Source: a virus. Taken from it: a stretch of DNA of 64,000 nucleotides. Location of the stretch: IMG/VR virus record IMGVR_UViG_3300047369_000529, positions 15,083 to 79,082 of that record; one strand, written 5' to 3'. A program made the position numbers and the translations under genes. The notes beneath the pieces were generated by a model. The model saw only the letters and a program-made list of their open reading frames with translations, did no database searches and was not told the origin of the DNA. Below are positions 46,974-57,551 of the stretch, one piece after another (within the stretch, counting starts at the first letter, position 1; the number at the start of each line of letters is the position of its first letter).

Positions 46974-48089
46974 ATGATTGAGCCTAAGGTATTAGAGAAA
47001 CCAGTAAATAGAATCTGGATTCTCGGAGACATGCACCTTGGAGTTCGTTCTAATTCTCTTGAATGGTTAGAAATTCAAAAGGATTTTTACGAAAACCAAT
47101 TTATTCCAACTTTAAAAAGAGATGTTAAACCCGGGGATATTTTAGTTCAGGTTGGAGATGCATTCGATAATAGACAAAGTATAAATCTAAGAGTTCTTCA
47201 CTATGCAGTAGATCTTTTCGAAAGATTAGGTGAAATTTTACCCGTTCATGTTATATGCGGTAATCATGATATATGGGCTAAAAAATCAAATGAAGTAAGT
47301 TCTATTGATTCTTTAAAATGGATTCCAAACGTAGCAGTATATAAAGAACCCAAGGAATTTAATTGGGGTGGAAAGAAAGTTTTATTAATGCCGTGGAGAA
47401 GAGATTCTGCACATGAGGCAGAAACCCTAGCGCAGTTCCCTAATTCTCAAATTGTATTTTGCCATTCAGAGGTTTCGGGAGTTTCTTTAAATTCTAAAGT
47501 AAAAAATCACCACGGAACAGATACAGTTTCATATAAGAATTATGATGCCGTTTATTCTGGACATATTCATTATAGACAAACTAAAGGAAAATTAAGATTA
47601 GTAGGAACACCGTATGAATTAACACGCTCTGATTCTGGCAATACAAAGGGATTTGATATGGTTGATCTAGGAACAATGGAAGAGACTTTCTATGAGAATA
47701 CTATATCACCAAAGTTTGTAAAATACTATCTCACAGGTCTTTACAATGTTCCTCTAGGTGAATTTAAAGATAAGATTAGAAATAACTTCGTAGATTTATA
47801 CGTTCCTTCTAACATTGCAACTACAAGTGCACTTTCTAGATTAATAAACAAAATACAAAAAATAGGTAGAAAAATAGAACCTAACATATATGAGCAAGAT
47901 TCTTTCTTAGATAAAGATTTGTATGATATGGATGAAATAGAAGATCTCTATAAAAATTACAATATCTTGCACCTATGTAACACATACGTTGATGGTTTAC
48001 CACATGATGACGAAACAAGAGAAAGAGTCAAAGAAAGTTTAAAGAACCTACACGATAAGTGTGCATATAATTATGACAACGAAGTATGA
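46974..48089 (+). CDS. 47: Mre11/SbcD-like nuclease (gp47)
   Basis: GDMHLG, GDAFDNR, GNHD, SGHIH. Confidence 0.92.
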   Translation: MIEPKVLEKPVNRIWILGDMHLGVRSNSLEWLEIQKDFYENQFIPTLKRDVKPGDILVQVGDAFDNRQSINLRVLHYAVDLFERLGEILPVHVICGNHDIWAKKSNEVSSIDSLKWIPNVAVYKEPKEFNWGGKKVLLMPWRRDSAHEAETLAQFPNSQIVFCHSEVSGVSLNSKVKNHHGTDTVSYKNYDAVYSGHIHYRQTKGKLRLVGTPYELTRSDSGNTKGFDMVDLGTMEETFYENTISPKFVKYYLTGLYNVPLGEFKDKIRNNFVDLYVPSNIATTSALSRLINKIQKIGRKIEPNIYEQDSFLDKDLYDMDEIEDLYKNYNILHLCNTYVDGLPHDDETRERVKESLKNLHDKCAYNYDNEV

Positions 48090-49759
48090 AGATTAAGTCT
48101 ATAGAATTTAAAAATTTTGCATCTTATGGAAACTCTATTCAAAAAATAGAGTTTGAAGATAATAAGGCAGAATTACTTTTAACACTTGGAAAGAATGGCG
48201 AAGGTAAAACTACAATCGCGAATGCGATAGTATATGCCCTGTATGGAAAAGTAGAAGGTGTTAAAATGGCAGATCTTCCCAATAGAATCAATAAAGAATT
48301 ATGGGTAAGAATAGAACTTTATTGCAAAGGGACTAAGGTAGAGATTGAAAGAGGTTTAATGCCAAATAGATTTAAGGTTCTTTTAAATGGTGTAGAATTT
48401 GATAAAGCGGGTAAAAAGTCAGTTCAAGATTATTTAGAAGAAGAAATATTTGGAATTCCATACCATGTATTTAAAAATATAATTATTCTATCTGTAAATG
48501 ATTTTAAGTCTTTTTTAACCATGACAAATCATGACAAAAGACAGATCATAGATAAAATGTTCGGTTTCTCTATTCTTAACGATATGCAAAAGCAAATTAA
48601 AGAAGAAAGAAGAGACCTTAAAATAGAATTAGATTCTTATGAAAAAGAACTAAATCAGCTTAGTGAAAATATCGTCTCAGTTAATATGAAGTTAAATCAG
48701 TTATTAGCAGAGGCAGATACTAAGAATAAAGAAGAAATAGAAGCTTTAAAAGAAAGCTTAAAAAGATATGACGCTAATAGGATTAAATTAGAAGAAGCAA
48801 GTTCTAAAGTTTCTGAAAAAATATCAAGCAATCAAGAAACTCTTCAAGAAAAACAATCTAATTATTCAAAGCTAAAATATGAATTAGACGAATTGAAGAA
48901 AAAACTAGCGTTATATGAAAGCGATAAATGCCCAACATGCGAAGGTGAATTGACATCTTCTTTTCACCAAGAAAGAAAAAAGGAAATTGAAAATAAAGCC
49001 AATACTCTTCCTTCTGAAATTGAAAAAGCAGAAAAATCTGTAACTTCCATCAAAGACGATATTGCAGATTTAAGAATTAAAGATAGGGCTATTAACGATA
49101 AAGTTTCTACAATTAATACTAATATTAGAAATCTTAAAGGAGAACTTATTAAAATTAAGGATTCTTTAGGATCTAACAAAGACTTTTCTCATCTAAGACA
49201 AATCATTGAAGATTTTGAAACTCAAGAAAAAGAAAAAGCTAATAAAAAGGATGAAACATCTGGAAGTTATAATTTCTTAGAAATCTTAGAAGAAGTTTTA
49301 GGAGAAGATGGTGTTAAGAATTTAGCTGTAAAAACTATTCTTCCAGGCCTTAACGCTAATATTGCAGCGATGGGACAAACGATGCACCTTCCATTTCATA
49401 TTAGATTTGACGAAAAATTCAATTGTTTAATAAATCACTTAGGTGAAGAAATTAATCCACTTACACTTTCAACTGGTGAAAGAAAAAAAGCAGACTTTAT
49501 AATTATAATAGCTATTATAAAAATACTTAAGTTAAGGTTTCCACAATTAAATCTATTATTTTTAGACGAGCTATTATCTTCAGTAGACGCGGATGGAGTT
49601 CATAATATTCTTAAAATTTTATCACAAGTTATCAAAGATAGCAAGATTAATACGTTTGTAATTAATCACACAGTTCTTCCTCATGAACTATTCGATAAAA
49701 AAATACAAATCTATAGAGAGAACGGATTTTCCAAACTAGATATAGAAGTTATAGAATAA
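48086..49759 (+). CDS. 46: Rad50/SbcC-like ATPase (gp46)
   Basis: FKNFASYG, GKNGEGKTT, CPTC hook, LSTGE, LDE. Confidence 0.93.
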   Translation: MKIKSIEFKNFASYGNSIQKIEFEDNKAELLLTLGKNGEGKTTIANAIVYALYGKVEGVKMADLPNRINKELWVRIELYCKGTKVEIERGLMPNRFKVLLNGVEFDKAGKKSVQDYLEEEIFGIPYHVFKNIIILSVNDFKSFLTMTNHDKRQIIDKMFGFSILNDMQKQIKEERRDLKIELDSYEKELNQLSENIVSVNMKLNQLLAEADTKNKEEIEALKESLKRYDANRIKLEEASSKVSEKISSNQETLQEKQSNYSKLKYELDELKKKLALYESDKCPTCEGELTSSFHQERKKEIENKANTLPSEIEKAEKSVTSIKDDIADLRIKDRAINDKVSTINTNIRNLKGELIKIKDSLGSNKDFSHLRQIIEDFETQEKEKANKKDETSGSYNFLEILEEVLGEDGVKNLAVKTILPGLNANIAAMGQTMHLPFHIRFDEKFNCLINHLGEEINPLTLSTGERKKADFIIIIAIIKILKLRFPQLNLLFLDELLSSVDADGVHNILKILSQVIKDSKINTFVINHTVLPHELFDKKIQIYRENGFSKLDIEVIE

Positions 49760-49801
49760 AGATATATAGTCTAAATATTATAAAAAAACAGAAGTCCCGA
49801 T

Positions 49802-51157
49802 ATGAGACATAAGATATTAAAATATGATGACTATTTAGTAGAAGCTACAAAAGCCGATTCAGTAGATCCATCTATTACTAATCCTTCATTAAATAGAGCA
49901 GCTCTTTTAATTGCAAAATTTGTAAATAAAAAGACAAAGAAAGACTTTAAGAAATTTCCATACACTATGTTTAGCGAGGTTGGTGGAGAAGAAAAACAAG
50001 GAATTATGTTTTATTCTAGTAAAGGAACAGAGTCCTTTATGGTAACATCAGCAACTGCTAAGAATCCAGGTATTGTAGGTTCTATAGTTTATTTTTCAGA
50101 TGCTGCAAATATTCAATCTGACTTTTCTATTTCATCTGAAACATTCCCAATTGTCAAATTAGTTGGAGAATTTGTTAGATTAATGGATAAAAAATACGCT
50201 GCATCTATACAAGAGTCAATGTTATTGGAAAGAAGAAAAAATAGAGCTTTTTCTAAAGAAGAGATTAAAATGATTGAAGCTAAATTATCATCTGGTATCG
50301 CAGTAAATAAAATAGCAGATGAATTAGAAGTTCCTTACTCTTCTATCATGAACATTAAGAAAGGACAGCAGGTTAAAGTTAAGCCTTCTCCAATGGAGAC
50401 AAAAAATGAAGCGACACTTGACGATAAAGTAAAATATCTAGAAGAGACTATGGAAGATATTTACGAAATATCAAGAAGAGTTGCGGCTGGTGCATTTAAC
50501 TCTCTATTTATTTCAGGTAGAGCGGGTACGGGTAAAACGTATAATGTAGAAAGAGCAATGAAAGATGAAGGTCTTGTCGATGAAGAAGACTATGTGCTAG
50601 TATCAGGTGCTGCATCTGTAATTATGATGTACAAGAAATTCTACCAATATAGAAATAAAACATTAATCTTTGATGACTGTGACGCAGTATTTAGAGATGA
50701 AAACGGTAGAAACCTAATGAAAGCAGCTTTAGATACAAAGAAAATAAGAAAGATTTCTTATTTAAAAAAGACTAAAGCAGTATACGATCCTAAAGACGTA
50801 AGCCCTGAAGAAGCATTTAATTTAGAAGAAAATGGAATTGTTCCTAATTCATTTGAATTCTCAGGAAGAGTGATATTTATTTCAAACTTAGCAAAGGATA
50901 AAGCAGATCCAGATGGAGCAATCAGATCAAGGTCAATTTTAGTTGACGTTAATCCAGATGATGCAACCTTGATGGAAAGAATGGAAAGATTATTACCTCA
51001 CTTAGAACCTACGGAAATGCCGCTTGAAGAGAAAAGAGAAATATATGAATTTATGAAAAATGCAAACGATGTTTCTATGAGAACGTTCGTTAAAGCAGCT
51101 GGTTTAAAAATGTCAGGTTTACCAAACTGGAAAAGAGCAGCAACAAGATACCTATAA
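49802..51157 (+). CDS. Multi-domain protein: unknown module, HTH and AAA+ ATPase, with capsid-targeting-like leader
   Basis: KILKYDDYLVE^A; LLE^R; NKIADELEVPYSSIMNI HTH; GRAGTGKT, IFDDCD, ISN, AIRSRS; late promoter at 49761. Confidence 0.7.
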   Translation: MRHKILKYDDYLVEATKADSVDPSITNPSLNRAALLIAKFVNKKTKKDFKKFPYTMFSEVGGEEKQGIMFYSSKGTESFMVTSATAKNPGIVGSIVYFSDAANIQSDFSISSETFPIVKLVGEFVRLMDKKYAASIQESMLLERRKNRAFSKEEIKMIEAKLSSGIAVNKIADELEVPYSSIMNIKKGQQVKVKPSPMETKNEATLDDKVKYLEETMEDIYEISRRVAAGAFNSLFISGRAGTGKTYNVERAMKDEGLVDEEDYVLVSGAASVIMMYKKFYQYRNKTLIFDDCDAVFRDENGRNLMKAALDTKKIRKISYLKKTKAVYDPKDVSPEEAFNLEENGIVPNSFEFSGRVIFISNLAKDKADPDGAIRSRSILVDVNPDDATLMERMERLLPHLEPTEMPLEEKREIYEFMKNANDVSMRTFVKAAGLKMSGLPNWKRAATRYL

Positions 51158-51160
51158 TAA

Positions 51161-52057
51161 ATGGCAACATACAATCTTAAATATAATTCTGACGACGCGA
51201 TAATTAGACACATTATAATAGGTCTTTTAGCCGATTTGAATAATAAAGTTTGGTTTCAGCGACAAGTAGATAAAAATACTAGAAAAGACATAGACGTTCC
51301 CTTCTATTATTCAATCACTGGAGACGATCAATTTCTAAGAGATAATTTTTTATTTACGACTCCAACCGGAGAAGACTGTTATCCAGATCCTGGGTTTGCA
51401 GATGGAAATTACGATGTAGTTCCAAGAGGAGTTGCAAGAATATCTTCTATTTCTATAGATTCTTCTAAGCTTGTAAATAGAAGAATTATGGGAGAATATA
51501 CGAGACTAGATCAAGAAGGATCTCTTCAGTCATATTCTTCTGAATTTGAAATGATACCTATAACACTAAACTTTGACATTGAAATCTTAGTGTCTTCGAC
51601 ATTAGACGCACTAAAGATTACGGAAATGATAATCAAAAGATTATACAAATCTAATTACTTTAATGTTGAAGTTGGACACTTAGATGAAGGAACATATAGA
51701 CTAGCGTCTTATTACGCTCTCCCAGACGACTATACTGTTGAAAGTCCTATTGATTTTGGATTTGACGATAAAGATAAATATAACATTACGTTTCCAATTG
51801 AAGTTAACTCATTTATTCCTTCATTCTCAAACACACCTGACGGAGGAGCTGGAACTGGAGGCGAAGGAGGAAGTGTATCTTATGGGCCAAATGGAGCTAG
51901 ACACTATGGTGGAGGTGGAAACTCTGAATTTCATTCAGGTAATAGAATGTTTGAAATTAAACAAAAGTCTATTACTTCCAACCGGGGAGAATCTCAGAAC
52001 AAGCAAATTCAAGCAAAAGAAGACGATCCTAACATAATTGATGAAAACGACATATAA
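51161..52057 (+). CDS. Tail sheath stabiliser/completion protein (gp15-like)
   Basis: IIRHIIIG..ADLNN, VPFYY, VPR, PITLNFDIEI...DAL.I.E.I. Confidence 0.6.
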   Translation: MATYNLKYNSDDAIIRHIIIGLLADLNNKVWFQRQVDKNTRKDIDVPFYYSITGDDQFLRDNFLFTTPTGEDCYPDPGFADGNYDVVPRGVARISSISIDSSKLVNRRIMGEYTRLDQEGSLQSYSSEFEMIPITLNFDIEILVSSTLDALKITEMIIKRLYKSNYFNVEVGHLDEGTYRLASYYALPDDYTVESPIDFGFDDKDKYNITFPIEVNSFIPSFSNTPDGGAGTGGEGGSVSYGPNGARHYGGGGNSEFHSGNRMFEIKQKSITSNRGESQNKQIQAKEDDPNIIDENDI

Positions 52058-52101
52058 TACAGATATATACATAAATAATAAAAAATTAAATAAATAATAA
52101 A

Positions 52102-52854
52102 ATGGCAAACATATTAGCTCCTTTCGTAAAAAATGAAGAATCTCTTCAATTCTATTTAAACGGTAGAACTTACGAAATAAAAGAAAATAACGTTGAAATT
52201 ATTGAAAATCCTAAGAATTCAAATTTACTATCTGCTATTTCTGCATTTGAAAGTTTCGAGTTTTTAAATGAAACTATAAGATGGTATCACGGATCTACTA
52301 AATTTATTTACAATATCGAAGAAGGTAAATTTTACAACAACAACACTGAGATCTTAGAATCTTTTTCTAACTTTGCATTAAATAGCGGTTTAGTTAGATA
52401 CGAAAATAAAAATAAAGCTGAGTTATTTGAAAGTCTTTCTTCTATTATAGAAAACTTTATGGTAGTAGATTTTGCTACTACATACAAGAGAGGAGGTGTC
52501 ACTGTTGATTTATTTAAATTAGATGAAAATCTATTTATTTCAAGATACAACGAAGACACCAAATTATCTAAATTTTTCTCAGCATCTGCGAATGAAGCAG
52601 TAGAATACATTAAAGCTGAAACATCTGAAGATGCATCTCCAGTCGTAATCGAAATGCTAGAAGGAGAATTAGCAGAAGAGGCAAAAAAATCTAAAGAGAT
52701 TTCTAAATATGAAGATATGATTTCTTTCTTAAAAGACCAAAGAGGTTTATTAGCTGAGGCTGATAAATCAATTGAAGAAATTAAAGAAGCTGATTCTTTA
52801 ATTAATTCTGAAATTAAATCTTGGGAAGAAAAGATTGAAGCATTAAAAGCATAA
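52102..52854 (+). CDS. Hypothetical late protein
   Basis: 250 aa with C-terminal coiled coil; late promoter at 52062. Confidence 0.55.
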   Translation: MANILAPFVKNEESLQFYLNGRTYEIKENNVEIIENPKNSNLLSAISAFESFEFLNETIRWYHGSTKFIYNIEEGKFYNNNTEILESFSNFALNSGLVRYENKNKAELFESLSSIIENFMVVDFATTYKRGGVTVDLFKLDENLFISRYNEDTKLSKFFSASANEAVEYIKAETSEDASPVVIEMLEGELAEEAKKSKEISKYEDMISFLKDQRGLLAEADKSIEEIKEADSLINSEIKSWEEKIEALKA

Positions 52855-52876
52855 GACGTATCATCGAATTATAAAG

Positions 52877-52899
52877 AAGGGACCATCGGTCCCTTTTTT
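52877..52899 (+). terminator. Intrinsic terminator
   Basis: AAGGGACC-ATC-GGTCCCTT followed by a T run. Confidence 0.8.
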
Positions 52900-52957
52900 A
52901 GGTAATAAACTTTTTAACATTTGAGAGTATAATCTGTATAAATAAACAATATACATT

Positions 52958-53341
52958 GTGGCTAAAAGAAGAAAATCAAAAAACTATCTAAATAATAGAG
53001 ATCTTTACGATCAAATGGTTCTTTCTAAAGAGCAGGATAAATTAACCAGAGACGCAGAAAAAATGTTAATTCTTCTCGCAGAAAAGGCAATTAACCGTAT
53101 GAAATATGTAAGCGAAGACGACAGAAACGATTGTCTACAGTTTGCTATTTTAGATCTTTTAAAATATTGGAGAAATTTTAATCCAAAATATCCAAACGCA
53201 TTTGCCTATTTTACGGAAATAGCAAAAAGGGGTTATGCAAAGGGATGGAATAAGATTCACCCTCAAAAATATAAAGGAACTTTATCCATAGACAAGGGAT
53301 CAGGCAACTCTGAAAATCAAACAGGAATTTACAGCATCTAA
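52958..53341 (+). CDS. 55: Late sigma factor (T4 gp55-like, short)
   Basis: NYLNN, KYWRNFNP..PNAFAYFTEI; GTG start. Confidence 0.8.
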   Translation: MAKRRKSKNYLNNRDLYDQMVLSKEQDKLTRDAEKMLILLAEKAINRMKYVSEDDRNDCLQFAILDLLKYWRNFNPKYPNAFAYFTEIAKRGYAKGWNKIHPQKYKGTLSIDKGSGNSENQTGIYSI

Positions 53342-53829
53342 TGTCAATAAAGAATGTTAAACCAACTAAAAATTCAGGATTTAATCAAGGTTATTTTAAA
53401 CCTAATAATCCTTCTAAATATGCAGGACCTACTCCTATCATATATAGAAGTTCCTGGGAACGTAAGTTTATGATGTGGTGTGACAAAAATGAAAAAGTAA
53501 GTATGTGGTCAAGTGAACCAGTTGAAATACCCTATTGGTCAAGGCAAGATTCTACTAAAAGAAAATATTATCCTGATTTTTATTTTAAAGCAATTCAACC
53601 CGATGACAGTGTTAAAGAATATTTAGTAGAAATTAAACCAAAACAACAAATTCAGAAGCCTGAACCACCTAAGGTAAATTCTAAAAAAGCACTAAAATCT
53701 TATAAGTTTTTGGCTGAGCAATACGTTAAAAATATGGATAAATATAATGCAGCTAAAGAATTCTGTTCTCAGCGAAATTGGAATTTTATAGTATTAACAG
53801 AAGAAACGATAATCAATGGATTACATTAA
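53341..53829 (+). CDS. 4: Head completion nuclease (T4 gp4-like)
   Basis: FKPNNPSKY, YRSSWERKFM..CD, WSSE, YYPDF, VEIKP, LTE. Confidence 0.9.
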   Translation: MSIKNVKPTKNSGFNQGYFKPNNPSKYAGPTPIIYRSSWERKFMMWCDKNEKVSMWSSEPVEIPYWSRQDSTKRKYYPDFYFKAIQPDDSVKEYLVEIKPKQQIQKPEPPKVNSKKALKSYKFLAEQYVKNMDKYNAAKEFCSQRNWNFIVLTEETIINGLH

Positions 53830-53847
53830 ACATATAAATTTTAAAAC

Positions 53848-54420
53848 ATGATAGCAGTATTTGATGATTTTATACAAGACGAACAATTATTAAAAGACAT
53901 TTTAAAAGAAGGAGATAACTTTTATGTTCCAACAGGGGATTATAAATATTGGAAAGGATGGTGGAATAAACCTGCCGCAAATATTAAGCAAAGATTGGCA
54001 GAATATATCTGGAAAGATAATCTTCCAGTTAAATTAAACATGGAAGTTAATGGATTTGAATATTGGACGGGTTTACAAACCGCAGCAGAAGATGGTAGAA
54101 GAAATTATTTAGAACTACACTTTGACGATGACGTACAGTATAGACAAAAAACAGGAAATAGAATGTTTCCAGTTTTAGGATGTGTTTACTATCCACCTGG
54201 TTTTGATTTTAAAGGAGGAGATTTACACATTTATACAGACGGAGAAGAAAACACACCAGAGGTTATTAAAACTAGACCAAATAGATTAGTTATTTTTAAC
54301 CCAGGTGAAGTTGTTCACGGAGTTGACACTGTAACTGAAGGAAAAAGAGGAGCAATTGCAATAAACGTATGGGCTGAAGAGCCATGGTCAGTTGGCCAAG
54401 GTTTTATTAAAGTTGAATAA
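53848..54420 (+). CDS. 2OG-Fe(II) oxygenase
   Basis: HFD, GGDL, PNRLVIF, VHGV, R..IAIN. Confidence 0.8.
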   Translation: MIAVFDDFIQDEQLLKDILKEGDNFYVPTGDYKYWKGWWNKPAANIKQRLAEYIWKDNLPVKLNMEVNGFEYWTGLQTAAEDGRRNYLELHFDDDVQYRQKTGNRMFPVLGCVYYPPGFDFKGGDLHIYTDGEENTPEVIKTRPNRLVIFNPGEVVHGVDTVTEGKRGAIAINVWAEEPWSVGQGFIKVE

Positions 54421-54429
54421 ACAGGATTA

Positions 54430-55026
54430 ATGGGCTACATTAAGGAAGAAATTAAAAAATTAGTAAAGGGTAAGGGTAAGGCTAAAGCGTCTAAGGAATC
54501 TTTATCTTGGTTCGAAGATAGTCTTAATGATAGAAAGAATAAATCCGTTATGCCAATAAGGTCTAGGTTTATTCCAGGTAAAATGTATATTTTTGAATAT
54601 AACCCAATTACTGAAGGTATTCCATGGTATGATGATAATCCTATTGTTTTGGCATTAGACCCGTATGACGGAGATGATATAGGAATAAATGTTTCCATGT
54701 TACCTCCTAAGTTTAGAGAACAATTTTTAGATGAAATATATGACAGATATCAATCTACAATAAAAAGAGCTTCAAAGACAGATAATGCTAAAAATCAACG
54801 AGGATTATTAACATTTTCATATCAAGGAGCTAAGGCATATTTAGAGCAACGTGGATATGATTTTGCAATTAGAAGATATAAACCTTCTAGAAAATCAAAT
54901 CAGGCAGTGATTGCATATAAAGATTGGTGTAAAATAGCTATTTGTGATTTTAATTCTTTAAATGGAATAACAAAAAATGAGCTAAATAGATTATTTGAAG
55001 ATCATCGTAGAAAGAAGAATATATAA
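54430..55026 (+). CDS. 2: DNA end protector (T4 gp2-like)
   Basis: SLSWF, PGKMYIFEYNP, PWYD..P, GIN...LPP..R, IRRY. Confidence 0.8.
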   Translation: MGYIKEEIKKLVKGKGKAKASKESLSWFEDSLNDRKNKSVMPIRSRFIPGKMYIFEYNPITEGIPWYDDNPIVLALDPYDGDDIGINVSMLPPKFREQFLDEIYDRYQSTIKRASKTDNAKNQRGLLTFSYQGAKAYLEQRGYDFAIRRYKPSRKSNQAVIAYKDWCKIAICDFNSLNGITKNELNRLFEDHRRKKNI

Positions 55027-55059
55027 AGAGAAAGTATAATACAATTGTAAATTTAACAC

Positions 55060-56655
55060 ATGGCAGGTTTTATAGAAAGAAATGGACCATTAAGTACCGG
55101 TAAAAGACCGTTCACACTAAGTGATACACTAAAAAGACTCTCGTCTTTTGGAATGTATTACGATGATTTAGTCTTAAGGCAGTCTCAGGCAATAGGTCCA
55201 GTAGAAGATGAATTTGGATATGGCCAAATGAATCAAATGGGTCTAGACGACGATAATATGTATGGCGCATTCGCCGCATTATCGATGGCAGACACCAACA
55301 TGAGAAAAAATATTCCTTTCTTTGATCAAGGCTATGAAGGTAAAAGAGACGAATTAAGAAGATTTTCAACCCATGACGAAATAGAAGATATATTAGATAT
55401 TTTATGTGATGAGTCTATCGTATATGATAACAAAAACTTTATTGGAAATCCAGAACTTATTGGAATGGATGTTTCTGAAGAAGTTACTAAATATTTAAAT
55501 AAATCTTTTAGGGATATTTACCAATACTTTGGTTTTAATCAAGATCAATCAGCATGGTACTTCTTTAGAAAATTCTTAATTGATGGTTATCTTTCTTTTG
55601 AAATTATTTATAGCCCTGAGCAAGATCAGATTATAGGATTTAAAGAAATAGATCCTATTACATTAATGCCAGGTTATAATAAAGATGACGGTAAAAAGGT
55701 ATGGATTCAATTTAAAGACGATCCGGTTAAGGAGAGGGTCCTATATGATTCACAGATCATCTATCTTTCTTATTCTTCAATAACCACTGCATCTAGGGTA
55801 AGTTACTTAGAAAGACTCGTAAGAGCCTTTAACTTGATGAGAATTATGGAACATACTAGAGTTATCTGGGCAGTTACTAATTCTTCGTATAGAATGAAGT
55901 TTATTATTCCTGTTGGTGGTAAATCTAAAACAAGAGCAAAACAATCTCTTGCACAATTAATGGGTAATTATAAAGAAGTTGTAGACTTTGATTGGGATTC
56001 AGCTACATTAGCGACTAATGGAAAACCAATGCTTCAATTTAACAAAGAATACTGGTTACCATCTAAAGAAGGAGAATCTCCAGAGATTGAAACTTTAGGA
56101 GGAGACGGTCCTGAATTATCAGATACAGAAGCACTTAAATATTTCAATGATAAATTAAAAATGGTTTCTAAAATACCATTCAATAGATTTATGTATGAAG
56201 ACGGTGGAGGTGACTTTAATTTAGCAGCCGATGGTATGATTAGAGATGAAATTAAGTTTTCTAAATTTATCAAAAGATTACGTTCTTCTTTCCAAGAAAT
56301 TTTAGTAAAACCACTATGGTTACAAATGTGTCTTAAGTTTCCTGAATTTAAAGATGATGCAGGGTTTAGAACTCAAATAGCTATTCAATTTAATGAAGAG
56401 AATATGTTTGCTGAATTAAAGCAGATGGAAATCATGGAGAAACGATTAGACTTTATATCTACAATGCAAGATTCTCTAATGAAAACAGATCCAGTTACTA
56501 TGGAAGAAATGCCATACTTTGATATGGAATTCTTAGTTGATAGATACTTGAAATTATCACCTGACGATAAAGCAGCTAATTTATCATATAGACAAAGACA
56601 GGCTAAAGAAGATGCAGAAGAACCAGAGGTAGATCCAATGGACATGGGCTTCTAG
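55060..56655 (+). CDS. 20: Portal protein (gp20)
   Basis: FLIDG, IDP, SYLE...FN.MRIME, YWLP..EG...IETL.G, IRDEIKFSKFI.RLR. Confidence 0.93.
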   Translation: MAGFIERNGPLSTGKRPFTLSDTLKRLSSFGMYYDDLVLRQSQAIGPVEDEFGYGQMNQMGLDDDNMYGAFAALSMADTNMRKNIPFFDQGYEGKRDELRRFSTHDEIEDILDILCDESIVYDNKNFIGNPELIGMDVSEEVTKYLNKSFRDIYQYFGFNQDQSAWYFFRKFLIDGYLSFEIIYSPEQDQIIGFKEIDPITLMPGYNKDDGKKVWIQFKDDPVKERVLYDSQIIYLSYSSITTASRVSYLERLVRAFNLMRIMEHTRVIWAVTNSSYRMKFIIPVGGKSKTRAKQSLAQLMGNYKEVVDFDWDSATLATNGKPMLQFNKEYWLPSKEGESPEIETLGGDGPELSDTEALKYFNDKLKMVSKIPFNRFMYEDGGGDFNLAADGMIRDEIKFSKFIKRLRSSFQEILVKPLWLQMCLKFPEFKDDAGFRTQIAIQFNEENMFAELKQMEIMEKRLDFISTMQDSLMKTDPVTMEEMPYFDMEFLVDRYLKLSPDDKAANLSYRQRQAKEDAEEPEVDPMDMGF

Positions 56656-56694
56656 AAAAAGAATATATAATCAATAGTGAAAATATAAAATAAG

Positions 56695-57492
56695 ATGGCA
56701 ATAATATTTTACGTAAGCGAAAAGAATAGCGAATATACTCAAATCAATTTTTTCAAGACAGAAAAAGAAGCATTGAAATATGGTATATCTAAATGGTCAG
56801 ATTTTGACATGTTTGGTGACCCAGACAGCAAAGAAGATTCATACGACGAGGATAACGATACATGGTGGGAAGGTGAATCTATTAACCCAAGGGGAGATGG
56901 ACTTTTAATGTCATGGGAAGAAGATCGAGTATATCTACAGAGTGCTGATGACGAAGAGGCAAGAAAATTCATACGAGGTTCAAAGCACTGGAGTCGAGGT
57001 TCCGCCATTTTCTTTGATAGTTTCAAAAAAGGTATGTACGGGATTTTAGGTAATGGAACAATAGAAGGTAAAGGTTACACATGGACATTTGAAAAAGGTA
57101 AGGTTAATGAATCATATACTGAAATGAAACACTTACAAACATTTAAAAATTATTCTTCAATAAAGGAAGATGCCAGAGAAGTAGGTGAAGAATCTGACGT
57201 TATCGTTGATGACATTCTCCTAGATTCAGGTGAAAAGATTAAATCAGCTGAAATCATAGGAGTTATTAAAACTAGCAAGACTGAAAAGGAATTTAAAGAA
57301 TATTTCTATGATGAATATGGAAATAACGCATTCACGGAAGAGGATATGCAGACTCTTGTAAAGTATTATTTAGAAGTAGAAACAGAAGAAACTGCTAAAG
57401 AAACTGAAGAAGAGGAAGAAGAAAAGAAGAAAGAAGACGGTGAAGAATCAGGTGGTGATTTATCTGGCGATTTAGCAGATTTAGAAATATAG
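56695..57492 (+). CDS. Putative prohead core/internal protein with an added N-terminal module
   Basis: Sits between portal and protease (gp67/68 position); internal VNES..MKHLQTFKNY; acidic C-terminus. Confidence 0.5.
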   Translation: MAIIFYVSEKNSEYTQINFFKTEKEALKYGISKWSDFDMFGDPDSKEDSYDEDNDTWWEGESINPRGDGLLMSWEEDRVYLQSADDEEARKFIRGSKHWSRGSAIFFDSFKKGMYGILGNGTIEGKGYTWTFEKGKVNESYTEMKHLQTFKNYSSIKEDAREVGEESDVIVDDILLDSGEKIKSAEIIGVIKTSKTEKEFKEYFYDEYGNNAFTEEDMQTLVKYYLEVETEETAKETEEEEEEKKKEDGEESGGDLSGDLADLEI

Positions 57493-57551
57493 AAAAAATG
57501 AAAAATCATTATTCTTCAAAAGATATATAAACAAACATAGTATCAAAATAT

